Shown one piece after another: positions 14,030 through 27,310 of a stretch of DNA of 64,000 nucleotides. Origin of the DNA: Octopus vulgaris (lineage: Eukaryota); NCBI GenBank assembly GCA_951406725.2, contig OX597820.1, forward strand, positions 105,276,001-105,340,000. Reading direction: 5' to 3'. Made by a program: the position numbers and the translations under genes. Positions within the stretch are counted from its first letter, which is position 1, and each line of letters begins with the position of its first letter. Below the pieces are notes generated by a model. It was not told where the DNA came from. It saw only the letters and a list, made by a program, of their open reading frames with translations, and made no database searches.

Positions 14030-15390
14030 TGCATGATTGGTGTTTATTGCATGTCACCATTGCGAGCCAGTCAGGCAGCACTGGCATCAACCACAACTAC
14101 AATTTCCATTTGATTTTGATGTACTTGACTCAATAGGTCCCCTCAAGCACGGCATGTCGCCCAACAATCCAAAGCTACTTCTCAATCACAGCATTGCCTG
14201 TGAGGCCCAACAGTCAATGGTCGTGTTTCACCATCTCATCCCATGTCTTCCTGGGCCTCTCTACCACAGGTTCCTTCCACTGTTTGGGAGTGACACTTCT
14301 TCACACAGCTCTCTTCGTCCATCTGTAGTACATGACCATACCAGTACAGTTGTCTCTCTCGCACATCCGATGCTTCTTATGTCCAACTTTTCTCTCAAGG
14401 CACTTACACTCTGTTGTGTGTGGACACTGACATTACACATCCAGTGGATCATGCTTGCTTCCTTTCTTTCAAGCCTACGCATGTTTTCAGCAGTCGCGGC
14501 CCATGTTTCACTGCTGTGAAGCATGGCAGTTTACACATATGCATCGTACAATCTACCTTTCACTCTGAGCAAGAGGCCCTTTGTCACCAGCAGAGGTGAG
14601 GGCCTTCTGAACTTAGCCCAGGCTATTCTTATTCTAGTGGTAACACTCTCTGAGCATCTACCCCCCCACCACTACAGACTTGGTCACCTAGGTAGCAGAA
14701 GCTATCTACCATAAATCCTCGAGTATAGTCCGCCCTTGAATATAATACGCAGGGGATTTTTAGGGGGCTGTACCTCTGAAAACCCTAAACCTTGCGTATA
14801 ATATGCACCCCTTCTCTAACTTGAGTCAAAGAGGTCTATATAATGTCCTTGGTTTGTAAAAATGTCTATGGTAACGTCCTTTATTATTATTGTATATATT
14901 ATATAATGCAAATGTGTAGCTTTTTTGTACATTTTGATTGCAGAAAATAAAGAAATAACAGTAGTAATGTTTAATAAATGTTGCTTACAGCAAGTTATGG
15001 ACGATTCTTTTATGACTTCATTGCTTTCAGGCTTAGCTTAAGGTATTTTCGCGCCCGACATCACAAAATATGTCTGAATAAACATTGCCAGACAGCAAAT
15101 AGAGACTCAGACATTTCTTAGAAAAAAATTTTCATTTTTAACCTCATATATAGTACGCACTAGGGATTTTGACCTTTAAATTTTGGGGAAAAAATGTGGA
15201 TTGTACTCGAGGATTTACGGTACTCCTAGTTTCTCCCCCTGGCATGTGATGGGATCTGTTTTCTGAGCATCTGGTGTTTATTGCCCTTGTGCATCTGCTG
15301 CACACAAAAGCTATCTTCCCGGTTAACCTTGCTTTGATGTTGCTGCACCTCTTATGCATCCACAGCTTACACTGGGTACATCTTACGGAG
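14030..15390 (-). mobile_element. RTE LINE fragment interrupted by a MITE
   Basis: MLHSSETWAATAENMRRLERKEASMIHWMCNVSV and HKRCSNIKARLTGKIAFVC are homologous to the element at 1-2514. Confidence 0.88.
14709..15220. mobile_element. pogo/Tc2-like MITE with TA TSD
   Basis: TA|ccataaatcctcgagtatagtcc ... ggattgtactcgaggatttacgg|TA. RTE sequence resumes on both sides. Confidence 0.85.
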
Positions 15391-18300
15391 ACGCAAACAA
15401 TTTTGCTGAGGGAAACATCTTAGGATTCACTCAATCAACCATAAGCACAAACTAACAAAATTTATCCCTTGGAAGTGTATTTACAAGAAAGCAGCACAAT
15501 TCTTATTTTAATGACTAAAATCTAAATAACTCTTCTGCACGGATACTGCCTAAAAACAGACATATATTACCTAATAACTACAATCCAAGAGATATTTTTA
15601 AAAAATTAGAATTAAAAAAAGAAAAACATATAATAAACAGAAAACAATAATCAAGTTGATATTTGATAATTTGCCCAATGCTAGACAGCTAATCTTTTTT
15701 ATAACAAGTGCAGTATAAAAATCTGCATTTCATAAAATTCCTATGCTTCAGGTACAAGTTTCAACCTAAGTGTGCATATGGTCAGACATCACTGTCCTAC
15801 TTAGCACTAAAATACTGTCATGTTAATAATGGATTTAAATTGTTTTTCAATTTTCTTTTAAATCTCCATGCTAAAAAGAGACTCATTCAAAGCTGAGTGT
15901 CAACGACAAGGTGTTAGACTCGCCAAAAGGATGTCAATTTATACTTCTGTCATCAAATCAACTCTTTCACACATACACAACTTGAAAACAGATACTATAC
16001 TACACAACTAACTTGCCCTATTATATTCATTACATGAAGACAAACTCTTCTCCAGCAGTCTCAACAAAACCACTGGCTTACTGACCTCACTAATGTTCTA
16101 AACTTTTATAAAGTTCCAATCTTCTCGTTTATTGCAGTCAAACCTGTAAAATCTGACATAAAGCATAATTTGTTCAAACCAATGGAAGTGACATTTAAGT
16201 TTTATTTTTATTATTATCCAACCGAATGCATTAACAACAATGAGAATATATTGAAGAGAGGTTGGCAAAACTAGGGCGAAATTACAATGTATTATTTGGT
16301 CGGTAGACCCATAAGGGTTTTAATGCCGAAATTACTCCTACACACAACGCAGCATTCATATTATATTCTGAAATAACTGCAGTGCACACTTACTGCCCAA
16401 TACTTTTAGTCACCCAAATATGCAACTGTTCTGTTTGTTTCATTACCACAGACAATTGTCATGTCTGAGACAAAGGTAGAACTATTTTTACTTCATTTAC
16501 TTGTTATTTTTGGAATTTGTGACCGTAATAAAAATTTTTTTTTTAAACCATGAAGTGTACACTCTGCCTGGCTGATTTATTTATTTTTTTCTTTCTCAAC
16601 ACACTTTATGAAGATAAATTCTTAGTTTGCGACCCAACAAGCTATTAGATATTAATCCTTTAGATAACATCTTGCCTGAGATCGCCCCTGGTTCTGTGGT
16701 ACATGCTTCCTGTTTCTAAGCTTTCCATCAAAATATCATGTTAATTAATGTTCCAAACACCAAGTTAAAAGTTATTTTACTAAATTCTTTATTATTTTCA
16801 AAATGAATTAAAACAAATGCAGAAATATGGTAACAAAAGAATCAAAGAATATTTCCATTTTTACTTGTAAATTTTTTTTTTTTTCCCTTTCTTATAACTA
16901 GATGAATCTTCCTTTGAATAAGGCAGATGGGTGAGTCTACTGCCAAGACATAATACACTTAACCTTTACAATCACTGCATGTGATATTCAAATGGATTTT
17001 AACAGAATAATTGTTTCATAACATTGAGTATTAAGGTCAGAATTACACAAGTTACCAACTCCAGAACACCTGCTCCAACAAAGAATACACATAAATTGCG
17101 AGTTCAAACTATTCTTAAAGCTATACTACATTAACGCCAGGGACACTTTGAAAGCCATTTAGATAGATTATGACCACTCTTTATATCTTACTGTATAATG
17201 AAGCTAGTTTGTTTGGAAAACTACTGCTGTTAGTCTATTGTTGTGTGTGTGAGAGAGAAACAGACATAGAGAATGGTGACAAACTGCTGCTGTTGCTTAT
17301 CGCTTAAACATATCGGTCTTTTCAATCTTAACCGAAGCTACTGCACTTCTATTATTTTATGTTTTTGAGCAAAGCAAAAACCAGCACGCCTTATCGTTAA
17401 CCCTCCTCCCTGTTAGAGTGGGTTATCTGCTAGTCACAGAAAAAATGACTGCAGTTAAAAATAAAGATTCACAGTGGGTAACATGCTTAAGGCAGCTCTC
17501 TCTCTCTCTCTCTCCTATCGAGTATTTTATTTCATGAATGAATGTTAACTATGAAAATTCTATTCCGTAAAATATTTAGACAAGAATTTGGAATCTAAAT
17601 CCATAAAGCAACTTAATTATTATAATAAATCTTTGAGCGAGGTATAAACAGTAGCTGCACGATATCGTGAAGAATATTTGCCACCTAAATGTGGCTGACC
17701 CTTAAGGGTTGATGCTACAGTAGCTTGCAGCCCCAGGAAGACATCTCCAGAGAACAAGGACAAGAGCCAGATGAAAACTGAGTAGTTTTGGATCATACAC
17801 CAGCACACTCCTCCTTTAATTTTTTTCTTTTTAATATGACTTTAAACATGGTCTTCCAGTTGCTTTGAATTTTGTTTTACTTCTCAATTATTTCGTGATG
17901 ATTTAAACTTGTTACTTAATATATGCAAGTACTGAATAATTCAGCACATCTGATGTTGTTACGATGTTTTAAACTTAACACAACCTGTGTATGTGTATGT
18001 TCATATGCCATTGCATATTTTGTGGAGATACTCAAAATAGGGGGGAAAAAGTTTGTGCAAAGCAAGAAATTTTTCGAAAAATATTTTTCAAAACACCCAA
18101 AAAGTTGAGAGACCGAGAGAGAGGGGGGTAGTATGAAATTGCACCATAATTATTAATATTTCTAGAATAGGGACCACATATTCATGGTCTGGAAAGAGTG
18201 TAATAAAGGATAAACCTAATGCTTGGCTGATACTTATTTTATCGACCGCGGAAGAAAGACAACGTCGACTGTGTGCGGGGATTTTGAACTCCGAGTGAAA

Positions 18301-19125
18301 AGGTTCGCAACTTCAGACCTGCAATACAGTTTATCCTGTGCGTCGCAAATAAATAAATGGATGTAATGCTTTTCTCTTCGTAAGAAAGAAGTAGTTTCAA
18401 CGTAGACACAAAAGAATTTATTATACAGAACAAAAAAAAAAAGTTTAATCGAAACACGTTTCATTCAAACGATTTTGCGTCAAGTTGGCCCTCGCCTTGA
18501 AGATCATCTCTTTTTTCGAGACACATTCTGCATTTCAAATTCCTAAATCAAAAGTGTTGTATTTTAAGAACGTGAAATAGGAGAGAGAGAGAGAGATTCA
18601 GTTGCTATTTCTAGCATGGTGACAACTAGGCTCCTTTTGTTCGTGATTGGAAAAAGCGGGGGGAAAACTCGCATTCAATATATGCAGTCTTTCGATTTAC
18701 GATCACAAATTGAAAGATGAAAATCGTCATAAGCAATCGTCATTGAAATTATGGGAGGGGGGACTGTTTCCTTTTTTATCAGAACCGTTATCTTCTAAAT
18801 TTTAGACATGAAATTCAAGGGAAAAAAATATATTTTCACCTTTTGGGGTAAAAAAATTGAAGCAAGGATAAGAATTTGAGAGGATTTTTTTTATATATAT
18901 TTGGAGGGTGAGGACAAAATTGTAATCTCCGTAGGTGAAAACAGGAATCCAAAATACTTTTTGAAAAAAAAAAACAGTAGAATAAAATAAATGTGTACCT
19001 ATTCGATAGGTTTAAGACATTCCTTTAGTCATGGGCAAATGTTAATATTCCTACTTTCATTTTGTTATCGCAAATCGAAAGAATGGCTAAACAGATATGA
19101 CAGCCAAATAGGAGGTGGACTAAGA

Positions 19126-19187
<62 letters not shown>

Positions 19188-20529
19188 TTCACAAAGAGAG
19201 ATACGAGTCACAATTTTAAGTGGCTGATAAAATTATTTGTTGAACAACAGATATACACGTGGGGGTTTAAAAGTTCAGTTAAAACAGCAGATAAATTTTA
19301 AAATACGTGATTTGAGAAAAAGTCTCTGCAAGAATACATCGATTAAAAATTTTGTGCATATAATACGTGTACATTTAACATACACACACATATATATATA
19401 TATACATATGTGTATATACACATGTAATAATCGATTATTTTTTTTATTATATTTGCTCTAAGTTCCAAACTCCCCCTCTCCCATAATTTTACATAACTCA
19501 AAGAAAACTATTTGCAAACTCCTATTTGTATCGATTCCCATTCTGGAAAAGATATATAAAAATAATCATAAACATTATTAATACCAGCGTGTCACATTGC
19601 ACCTGTTGTACAGCTTATAACTTTGAACCAATCAAAGAACAAGTTAACTGTCACGTGACTATTAACAATAACATACCTGCCATGAAAATTCAACAATGCT
19701 AAGAAATATAATTTGGTGTCTTTGTGGCTTGATATTGTTAATGGCGTAAACAATTTCGTTTTGCTAGCAAAAGCAAAAACGAGGCGGGGCTACGAGAACA
19801 GTGAAATGAAAACATGAAATTATTTCAATCATATACCTTATTCCTCGTTTCAACAAAAGTAATGTGTGTGTGTGTGTAACTGATACTGGTTTCAGTCAGA
19901 GACACGTCATGTTCGGACGTTATTCTAGTTGAGTCAGTCTCTTGCCATTGAGTTCCACCTTATAGGTGCAGAGGATCTTCTGACAAATTATGACTAGTTC
20001 AAAATAAAATTATTTATCTCCACTATGGTATTGAGGATTCTTTCCCCCAAACCCCGCAAGTTGACATAAAACGGATATATATGCACGTTTTATATTTAAA
20101 TTGCATAACGTGAGGGAGAGAAGGGCGGCACCCATAACACATTTTTTCAGAGCTTCAAGGGCTGGTTTACAGGAGCAAAATATACTTAAAACGAAGAAAC
20201 CTTGCCCGAAATACTTGCAACAGTATGGCAGTCTGTTAAAGGCACCCATCCATTTTAATAATTATATTTTTTATGTCTTGTAGAAGAGTCCATTTACGTT
20301 TCAAATCGACCTTTTAAGTGATTCCTGTCAAAATTTTAATTGACATACCTGGGGCGTCTTTGTAAACTTCTTACATTATCTTTTTTTAATGCTTTGCAGA
20401 ATTTTTTTTCTTTCATATATAGTCAAATTCAAAATCTGCAAACATTTCTTGTTTTAATTTAAATACAAGTATTTAAAAAGAATTAAATTTCATTCCCATG
20501 ATCTATCACTGTACTTGTATAGTCTGTCC

Positions 20530-22447
20530 TGACTCTGGCAAGGGTGGGGCATTGGTCCATTTAGACCAGAGTAAAGCGTTTAGCGTTTGATAGGGTGAAC
20601 CATCGGTACCTGGTGTCCGTGCTGGCGCAGTTCGGTCTGGGCATTGGCTTCCTCAGGTGGATCATACAGTTGTACGATAACATCGACTCGATCGTTCGGG
20701 TGAATGGCTTCCTGTCGAAGCCGTTCCGCATCAAACGGTCTGTTCGTCAAGGGTGTCCGCTCTCCCCGATTTTGTATGTGATGGCCCTCGAGCCATTGCT
20801 GCGAAAGCTGAGCGCCATCCCGATGAATCCAGGAGGTGGAGGATCTGTGACATCGTATGCGGACGACATCACCATCATCGTGACCGAGGTGGAACTCCTA
20901 CGTAATGTGGGAGACGCCATCAAGGCTTACGAGACGGTGACAGGAGCAAAGATTAACCGGGAAAAATCGGTCGGCTTGCAACTCGGCACCTGGAGGGGCA
21001 AGTCGATGCCTTCGAATAGCATCGTGGGATGCTGGACGGAGGGCCCGGTTAAGCTGCTAGGGATCTGGTTTGGTCCAGGTCTCCAGATAGAAAAGAACTG
21101 GTCTGAGGTGTCGGGCAAGGTGGCTCACGCGGTCGGGACTTGGTCCGGACGGTGGCTGTCCTTGAAAGGGAGGGCGGAGGTGGCCAATGTGTTTTTAGCA
21201 TCGGTCATCACCTACCGCCTGACCGTCGTCCCTTGTCCGGATTCGTGGTTGAGCAAGTTGGAGAGGCAGATCTTCCGCTTTTTGTGGAAGGGAAGTGCTC
21301 CTCTTGTAAGACGTTCTATCTGCTGTCAGAAACCGTTAAAGGGTGGCTTGGGGATGCCTTGGCTGATGATGCGCTGAGGTTAAGGCACCTTTGGCTCTAC
21401 CTGGATGGTGAACGGGTGTGGTCCCCGCTTGCGAAGCAGATGTTCCCCAGCTTTGTCAGTTTCGGTGGCAGAGAAACCTGGTTTCGTCGCAGACTTAGAT
21501 CGAGCATGTGGTATTCGGAGTGCCATAAGGCACTCTGCCACTTCCGCAAGTCGGGCAATGCCGGCGGCTTTGGTACCACCGCAGCTTTCTATAGCAGGTT
21601 GGTAGAGGCCGGAAATGACGATGCCTTAGGAAGGACCTTAGGCCTCGATAGAAATCAGTTGGACAGCCTGTTCCGAAGGACGTTCGGGCCGAAGACGTTG
21701 GATAACTTCCAGAAGTCTTTGACCTGGCAATGTTTCAGAGGAGCTTTACCCGTTCGGGATAAACTCACAAGGCATGGTTGGAGTGGACCATCGAACTGCC
21801 CAAGATGCGAGCGGGATCTGGAAACAGTCTCGCACGCTATTGTTCAGTGTCCGGAAGTTTCGGACGTGTGGGTATATGCCGAACACCTGTTGTCGGACGG
21901 AAGAAGAGTACAGCTATCGGCTGAGACAATTATAAAAATTGACTCGCCTAGCTTTTTGACAAGTGAAGGTAAGCATTGCTTTCTCAGTACAGTAGCAGTA
22001 GCGAAAGAGTGTATATGGAAGACCAGAATGAAAGCGGTAACGACAGGCACCGTGATCTCTGGCTCCGCCTTGGTGACCTATTTCAGGTTCCACCTAAAAA
22101 GAAAGGTGGAGTTGGAGAAGAGGTGTCTGTCTGCGTGTGAGTTCGATAAAATATGGAAGCGTGTGACACGGTTGCTGCGAGTGAGAGGAGCCACGTAAAC
22201 ATGCTGTAGGTTGGCTGCCGAGTTTCGGTGGGAATAGCAGGGCTCGTGGGGTCGGCAATCCTGGTGTTCCCACTTCATGTGTTCCCTTTATGTTGTGTTG
22301 TTGTTGTGTATCATTCGATTTATCCGATTTTGTGTAATTTTTTTTAAAAAGTTCATTTTTTCTGTAAATACCATTTGTGTCTCATGACCCCAAATCATGA
22401 TGTATTGTCCCATTCTTCGTTGGCCCCTTGTGGGTAATAAAGAAATA
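20530..22447 (+). mobile_element. 5'-truncated L1/Tx1-clade LINE (RT, C-terminal Cys motif, 3' UTR)
   Basis: VRQGCPLSP, SYADDITI and CPRC..ETVSHAIVQC motifs, with a frameshift near 21370. Ends in aataaagaaat. 17-bp TSD acttgtatagtctgtcc at 20513-20529 and 22448-22464. Confidence 0.95.
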
Positions 22448-22515
22448 ACTTGTATAGTCTGTCCCCTCTGTGTTGGCTCCTTGAGGGCAATAAAGAAACG
22501 TGTACTTGTATATTC

Positions 22516-22663
22516 TTTTCTTCACTAGGTAAAAGGCCCTAAATTTTGGGGGAGGGGGCCAGTCGATTAGATCGACTCCAGCACGCAACTGGTACTTAAT
22601 TTATCGACTCTGAAAGGATGAAAGACAAAATCAACCTCGGCGGAAATTGAACTCAGAACGTAC
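22516..22663 (-). repeat. SINE family B fragment with 15-bp TSD
   Basis: Reverse complement of the family B core, flanked by tgtacttgtatattc at 22501-22515 and 22664-22678. Confidence 0.75.
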
Positions 22664-23010
22664 TGTACTTGTATATTCAAAATAATTTTTTCTAACTTTG
22701 AGCGGGGAGTAAGTTGATTACATCGACCACAGTATCTGACCGGTACGGTTTTTTTTTTCACAACGTTCTTATGATTCTGCAAACTCAAGATAATGAAAGT
22801 ACAATGTATATTTTTTAATTGTTATGTTGTATTTACAAGATTTTTTTTAAATCTACGATTAAACCAATCTTCCAGTATTTTATTCGTCGTCTTTGAAACA
22901 ACAATCCTAGATTGCTAAATCTCTAATTTGGAAGATTTGAGAGATGATAATAGAAGACATGGTTTAAAGACAAGATATAACGATACCTCCGATCAATAAA
23001 ATAGTCAAAG

Positions 23011-23283
23011 ATCGATTGGTTAATATCTAGATCCGCACCCGGTGGGAAAAATCATATTCCTTCAATATACGATGCCTTACACCTGTTACACATATTTTTT
23101 TCCATGATCCTCAACGGTTGATCCTGGGAATTTCCCGAGCCCCACCACCCCCACCCCCCAACCCCGTTTGTCAGCGCGCTTTTTTTCCGTCTTATTCCGT
23201 CAATATACGATGCCTTACAACTGTTACACATTTTCGTTTCCATTTTTCCCACCGGGTGCGGATCTAGATATTAACCGATCGAT
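23011..23283. mobile_element. MITE-like element with 42-bp TIRs and an internal direct repeat
   Basis: atcgattggttaatatctagatccgcacccggtgggaaaaat (23011-23052) is inverted at 23242-23283 with 1 mismatch. caatatacgatgccttaca(c/a)ctgttacacat occurs twice inside. Confidence 0.8.
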
Positions 23284-26139
23284 TTAATAATCAGTAATCC
23301 ACCAAACCTCCAAGCAAAGAAAAATGTAACTTTTCGCCAATGTTAGAAATCATGTATTATTCTGCATATGGAACGAATTCGAAAACTTAATAGGAATTCT
23401 TTTATTTATTTACTTATTTTCCCAGTCATTGGTACAGCTTTGATGCGCTTTGTTGAACACATCGAACCCAGTACATATTTTGTCTGGTTCTTATTTTATC
23501 GATCTTTTTGCCGAACCGCTGTATAAGGAGAACGTATACAAAGCAACACCGGTTGTCAAGTGATGAGAGGAGAGAACGCACGCACACTATATTGCTTCCA
23601 ACCACTGGTCAGGTGCCAGAAACCACGTCGTTTCCAAACGAATTTTTTAACCATGTTAATGCCTAACAATGAAATAACTTCTAATATTATCTTCTCACTT
23701 AAGGTAGAGCTGGCAGAAAGAATCATTAGCGCTCCAGGCCAAAAAGCTTAGCAGAATTTCGTCCGCCTAGGTCGACTTTGCTTTTCATCCTTTCCGAACT
23801 AATAAAATAATCGATTTACCCCCCCCCCCCCCCCTGCTCTCTAAATTGCGACTTTGTCCCAAAATTAGAAAGAATTATTTTCAATATACAACTACATATA
23901 GAAAGCATGGCAATGAGATTAATTCTCAATGTAATCTACTTAATCCTGAAACCAATATTATGTTCTCATATAATATTAACTCGGGAAAGAAATCGAAGAC
24001 ATTCGGAACTTTAAGAGACAGAAGCTATAATTATGAAGTTCTTATAGCCTTATAAATAAAAATAAGATTCAGAAAATAGGAAATTTTCACATGGTCAGGA
24101 GTATTGGAGATGCTAGCAAGAAGGCAACCTTTATAGAATATAAAGGTTGTAATTTATTCTGTTCGTTACTGCTTTGATTTCATATCTTACTGGATCTGTC
24201 CTTACAGAATTTTCGATCTCAGTCAAGTAATTAATTCAGTCGAATGCAATCAACTATAATTAATTTTTCCAATACTGGCATTACACATTCAATTTTTTCT
24301 TCTGCTCAGCTAAAGGAAAGGCATGTGGATAGTCGCTTCGCAAGCTAGAAAGTGCAGTGAAATCTTACTGAAATCAATCACACCCTATCGTTTCATAAAA
24401 AATATATACATTACATAATATAGTCCTAGATAGTGTAATAAAAACAAGCGGGACGGGAGTTTCGAGGATTAAATCTCATGAGGATAACAAGGTGTGGGGG
24501 GGGGAATGGTAAAATTACAGAAGTTACTCTGTAATTTTACGGAGGAATTAACCAAAGGATGTGGATCCAACCAACTTAGTCACTGGTTCTAAACAGCAAA
24601 CTCCACCCAAAAGAAATATTGGCGAAACTTCCTTCAGACCTGGGACAAATATTAAACGTTAAAAGACCCCCTTTTCAATCTTTACAAGCCCGTCCCGGTG
24701 ACGATAAGCTCCCTCACCCACGAGATACTGAATTGTTACAGCGACAGTTGCACACCAAGATGAAGATGCATTCCTAACAAGATCTCTTTCACGATCGCAG
24801 AGAGAGGAAGAGGAGAAAAAATACAGGAGATAGTTACCTTATCAAATGAAAATTACATACTAAGCAAGTAAAAAATATTTCTAAAATAGGAGCACGGCCA
24901 CAAACTTGGTGATAGAATTTAGTCGCTTTAATCGATCCAAGTTCTTCAATAGTGCCTTATTTTATCGACCCCTGGAGGGTAAAAGGCGAAGTTGACTTCA
25001 GTGGGGATATGAACTCGGAATCGAAAGAACAAAAATCGTAAATAATAATAATAGTATAGGTGTTTGTTTTAGCCTAAAGAATGACAACCCAGTTGTTTAA
25101 AAGTGCATCTGAAAGTAGATCTTGTTTACAATAACTGAAAAAGAAAATTGTCAACAACCTCCCATCACCACACATGGTGCGTGTAAAAATTAAATGTTAG
25201 TGTCGGACATAGTATAAACCCAAGGTTTTCAAATATTGCTGGAGAAACGGATTTTTTTGCTGTTTAAATTCCCAGTTATATCGGAGTCCATTAAATCTAC
25301 CTAATATCAGTGTTTTTGGTGATGTACTTAAGTCGTACCACGAGTGTTTATTTTAGCCAGGTCTTGTCTAAAGTTACTAAGAACTTTCAAAATATGAGGA
25401 GATAATGCAACATAAGGCAATCTTTCGTCTCTAAACAAACATCTTATTCAATAAAAGTTACACTATTTTTTTTTCTTTTTTAAACTACGAGAACTAAAAA
25501 CATAGATACGTGTCCATTTGAATGTTGATCTTTTCAGAAGAAAATCTCATTTCGGTCGAAAGGGTACTTTCTCTGCACTGTTGTTTGTATATTTCGTTTT
25601 TGTATATTACTAATTCACTTATTCTTTAACAACCCCCTAACTGAATTAAAACAGTGACTATTCATATAATTATCTTATTCATAAAACACGTGCAATCCAG
25701 TATTTAAACACATTGAAGATAAAACTCTAAAATTAAAAACATAATCAGTGAACAATTAATAAACATCAGATTTATTAAGTAATAAATAGTGCCATCTTTT
25801 CAGTGGGAATGAAATCAGAAGCAACGAGGGTCCAGAATGTGTTGAAATATTTTAGAAACACTAGATGTAATCCTCGCTAACATAACCACATGGAGCTTCC
25901 CTTGCATATGTTATTTCAATTTCATAATATATATAAAAGAGAAAAAGAAACACAATCGTATTTACATAAAATATTACATTTCGAAGTTTTTAATGTATAA
26001 AATCTGGTGTTACAAAATTTCAACTTCTTGCTTGCACAAACTTCTATAGGACCATATTGTTCAGCAAGTCTTAAAATGTTACGAGAAGTAATTAGGGTAG
26101 ATTAAAGCATGGGTTTAATTATCGGATTTACTAATGTGT

Positions 26140-27310
26140 ATAGATCGCAGGACGGGGCGGGAAAAACGATCGCGATGAACATTTTCACATGAGAAATGAA
26201 ATTAAGGATAATTAAGATTTCCGCTTTTCTTCTCAATTCGCACAACAGAAGTCCCCCCGAAACACAATCACGTGCTCGACAAGGATAGCCGCCATTTTGG
26301 AAGACGGAGCAAGGCGCACGGGGGGGGGGACTCGCCTCATGTAAATCATGTAAATAAACAACATTCAATGGATATTGCATAATGCATCGAATTTATTTAA
26401 CGGAGAGATGGATGAAGATAGATTATAATAATACATTGCAAAATATACACATGCAATTCGTTCTTACCTCCAGGAGTGGTGGAGAAAATTGAACCCCCAG
26501 GGGTTGTACTATAGTCCATAGGCATTTGAGTCGGGTCGTTTATTAGAATCCTTTTTGCAGGAATATCCCTGTTCTTGTGAGCATACATGGTGCTTTTGTT
26601 GTCTCCGGACATTTTCAGGTTGTATGCAACTGTTCTGTGCAAGAAGGCTTAACTATCGCACAATTTTGTTTATAATAAATGTCTCTGCATTAAATTTCAA
26701 ACATATAATATTCATATACACATATGTATATATTGGTTTATTTTTAAATATTTATAAATTAAAAATAAGCTTTTTACTCATTGGGATTTTAAAAAATTAC
26801 TTGTATGTGTCGTCCAAAAGTTTTAACAGCAAAAACAAGCAAGCACCCACAGCCTTCTCTGCACAGTTTTTGCCGAGCTGCTCTCTCTCTCTTGGCTTCT
26901 GCTAAACATCCGAGTCACATGGCACAGCACGCGAAAACAAAACGATAGCGAATTCGGAAGTACGAAATACCAACAGTGTCTAATCGCTTCTTTTGATTGT
27001 GAATTTTTGTTTTGCTCTTCGATTTCCCGTGAATATTAATAAATGACTGGATTAATAGGGATGGGAAATTGGCAGAAGAAATGTACTGGAAATAAAGGGG
27101 GGGGGAAATGGAAGGTGACAGATGCAGCTGTACAGCCTTTTTTTATTTTTTTTTTTTTTTTAGATTTTGTCATGTATTTAACTAAAAACTAATTCTTAAC
27201 CACAATAAAATAATGACTACATCAGCCATAAAAATAAGCTTCGAAAAGTATTTAAGTAAATAAACAAAGCTGGATGTATACTACTTGAGCATGTAAACTG
27301 TAAACAATGA
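26140..27310 (-). promoter_or_regulatory. Putative 4E-BP promoter, 5' UTR and proximal intron regulatory region
   Basis: CpG-retaining island around exon 1. Contains a YY1-type GCCGCCATTTTG (26288-26299), TCACGTG (~26268), a GC box (~26154) and forkhead-type GTAAACA/TAAACAA (~26350, 27260, 27300). TSS not determined. Confidence 0.5.
26468..26612 (-). CDS. EIF4EBP: Eukaryotic translation initiation factor 4E-binding protein, coding exon 1
   Basis: Encodes MSGDNKSTMYAHKNRDIPAKRILINDPTQMPMDYSTTPGGSIFSTTPG(G). It has a RAIP-like RDIP motif and the two TP phosphosites (YSTTPGG..FSTTPGG, Thr37/Thr46 equivalents). Context AAAATGT; 145 nt followed by a phase-1 donor G|GTAAGA, the conserved 4E-BP intron position. 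Exon 2 (YxxxxL motif) was not found in the window. Confidence 0.95.

Noticed and set aside
16082-16143. Possible minus-strand exon (TTTTACAG|..CA|GTAAGC) as 4E-BP exon 2
   Set aside because: In the 4E-BP phase it reads GLTAINEKIGTL* with no eIF4E-binding motif; splice-like signals alone are insufficient.
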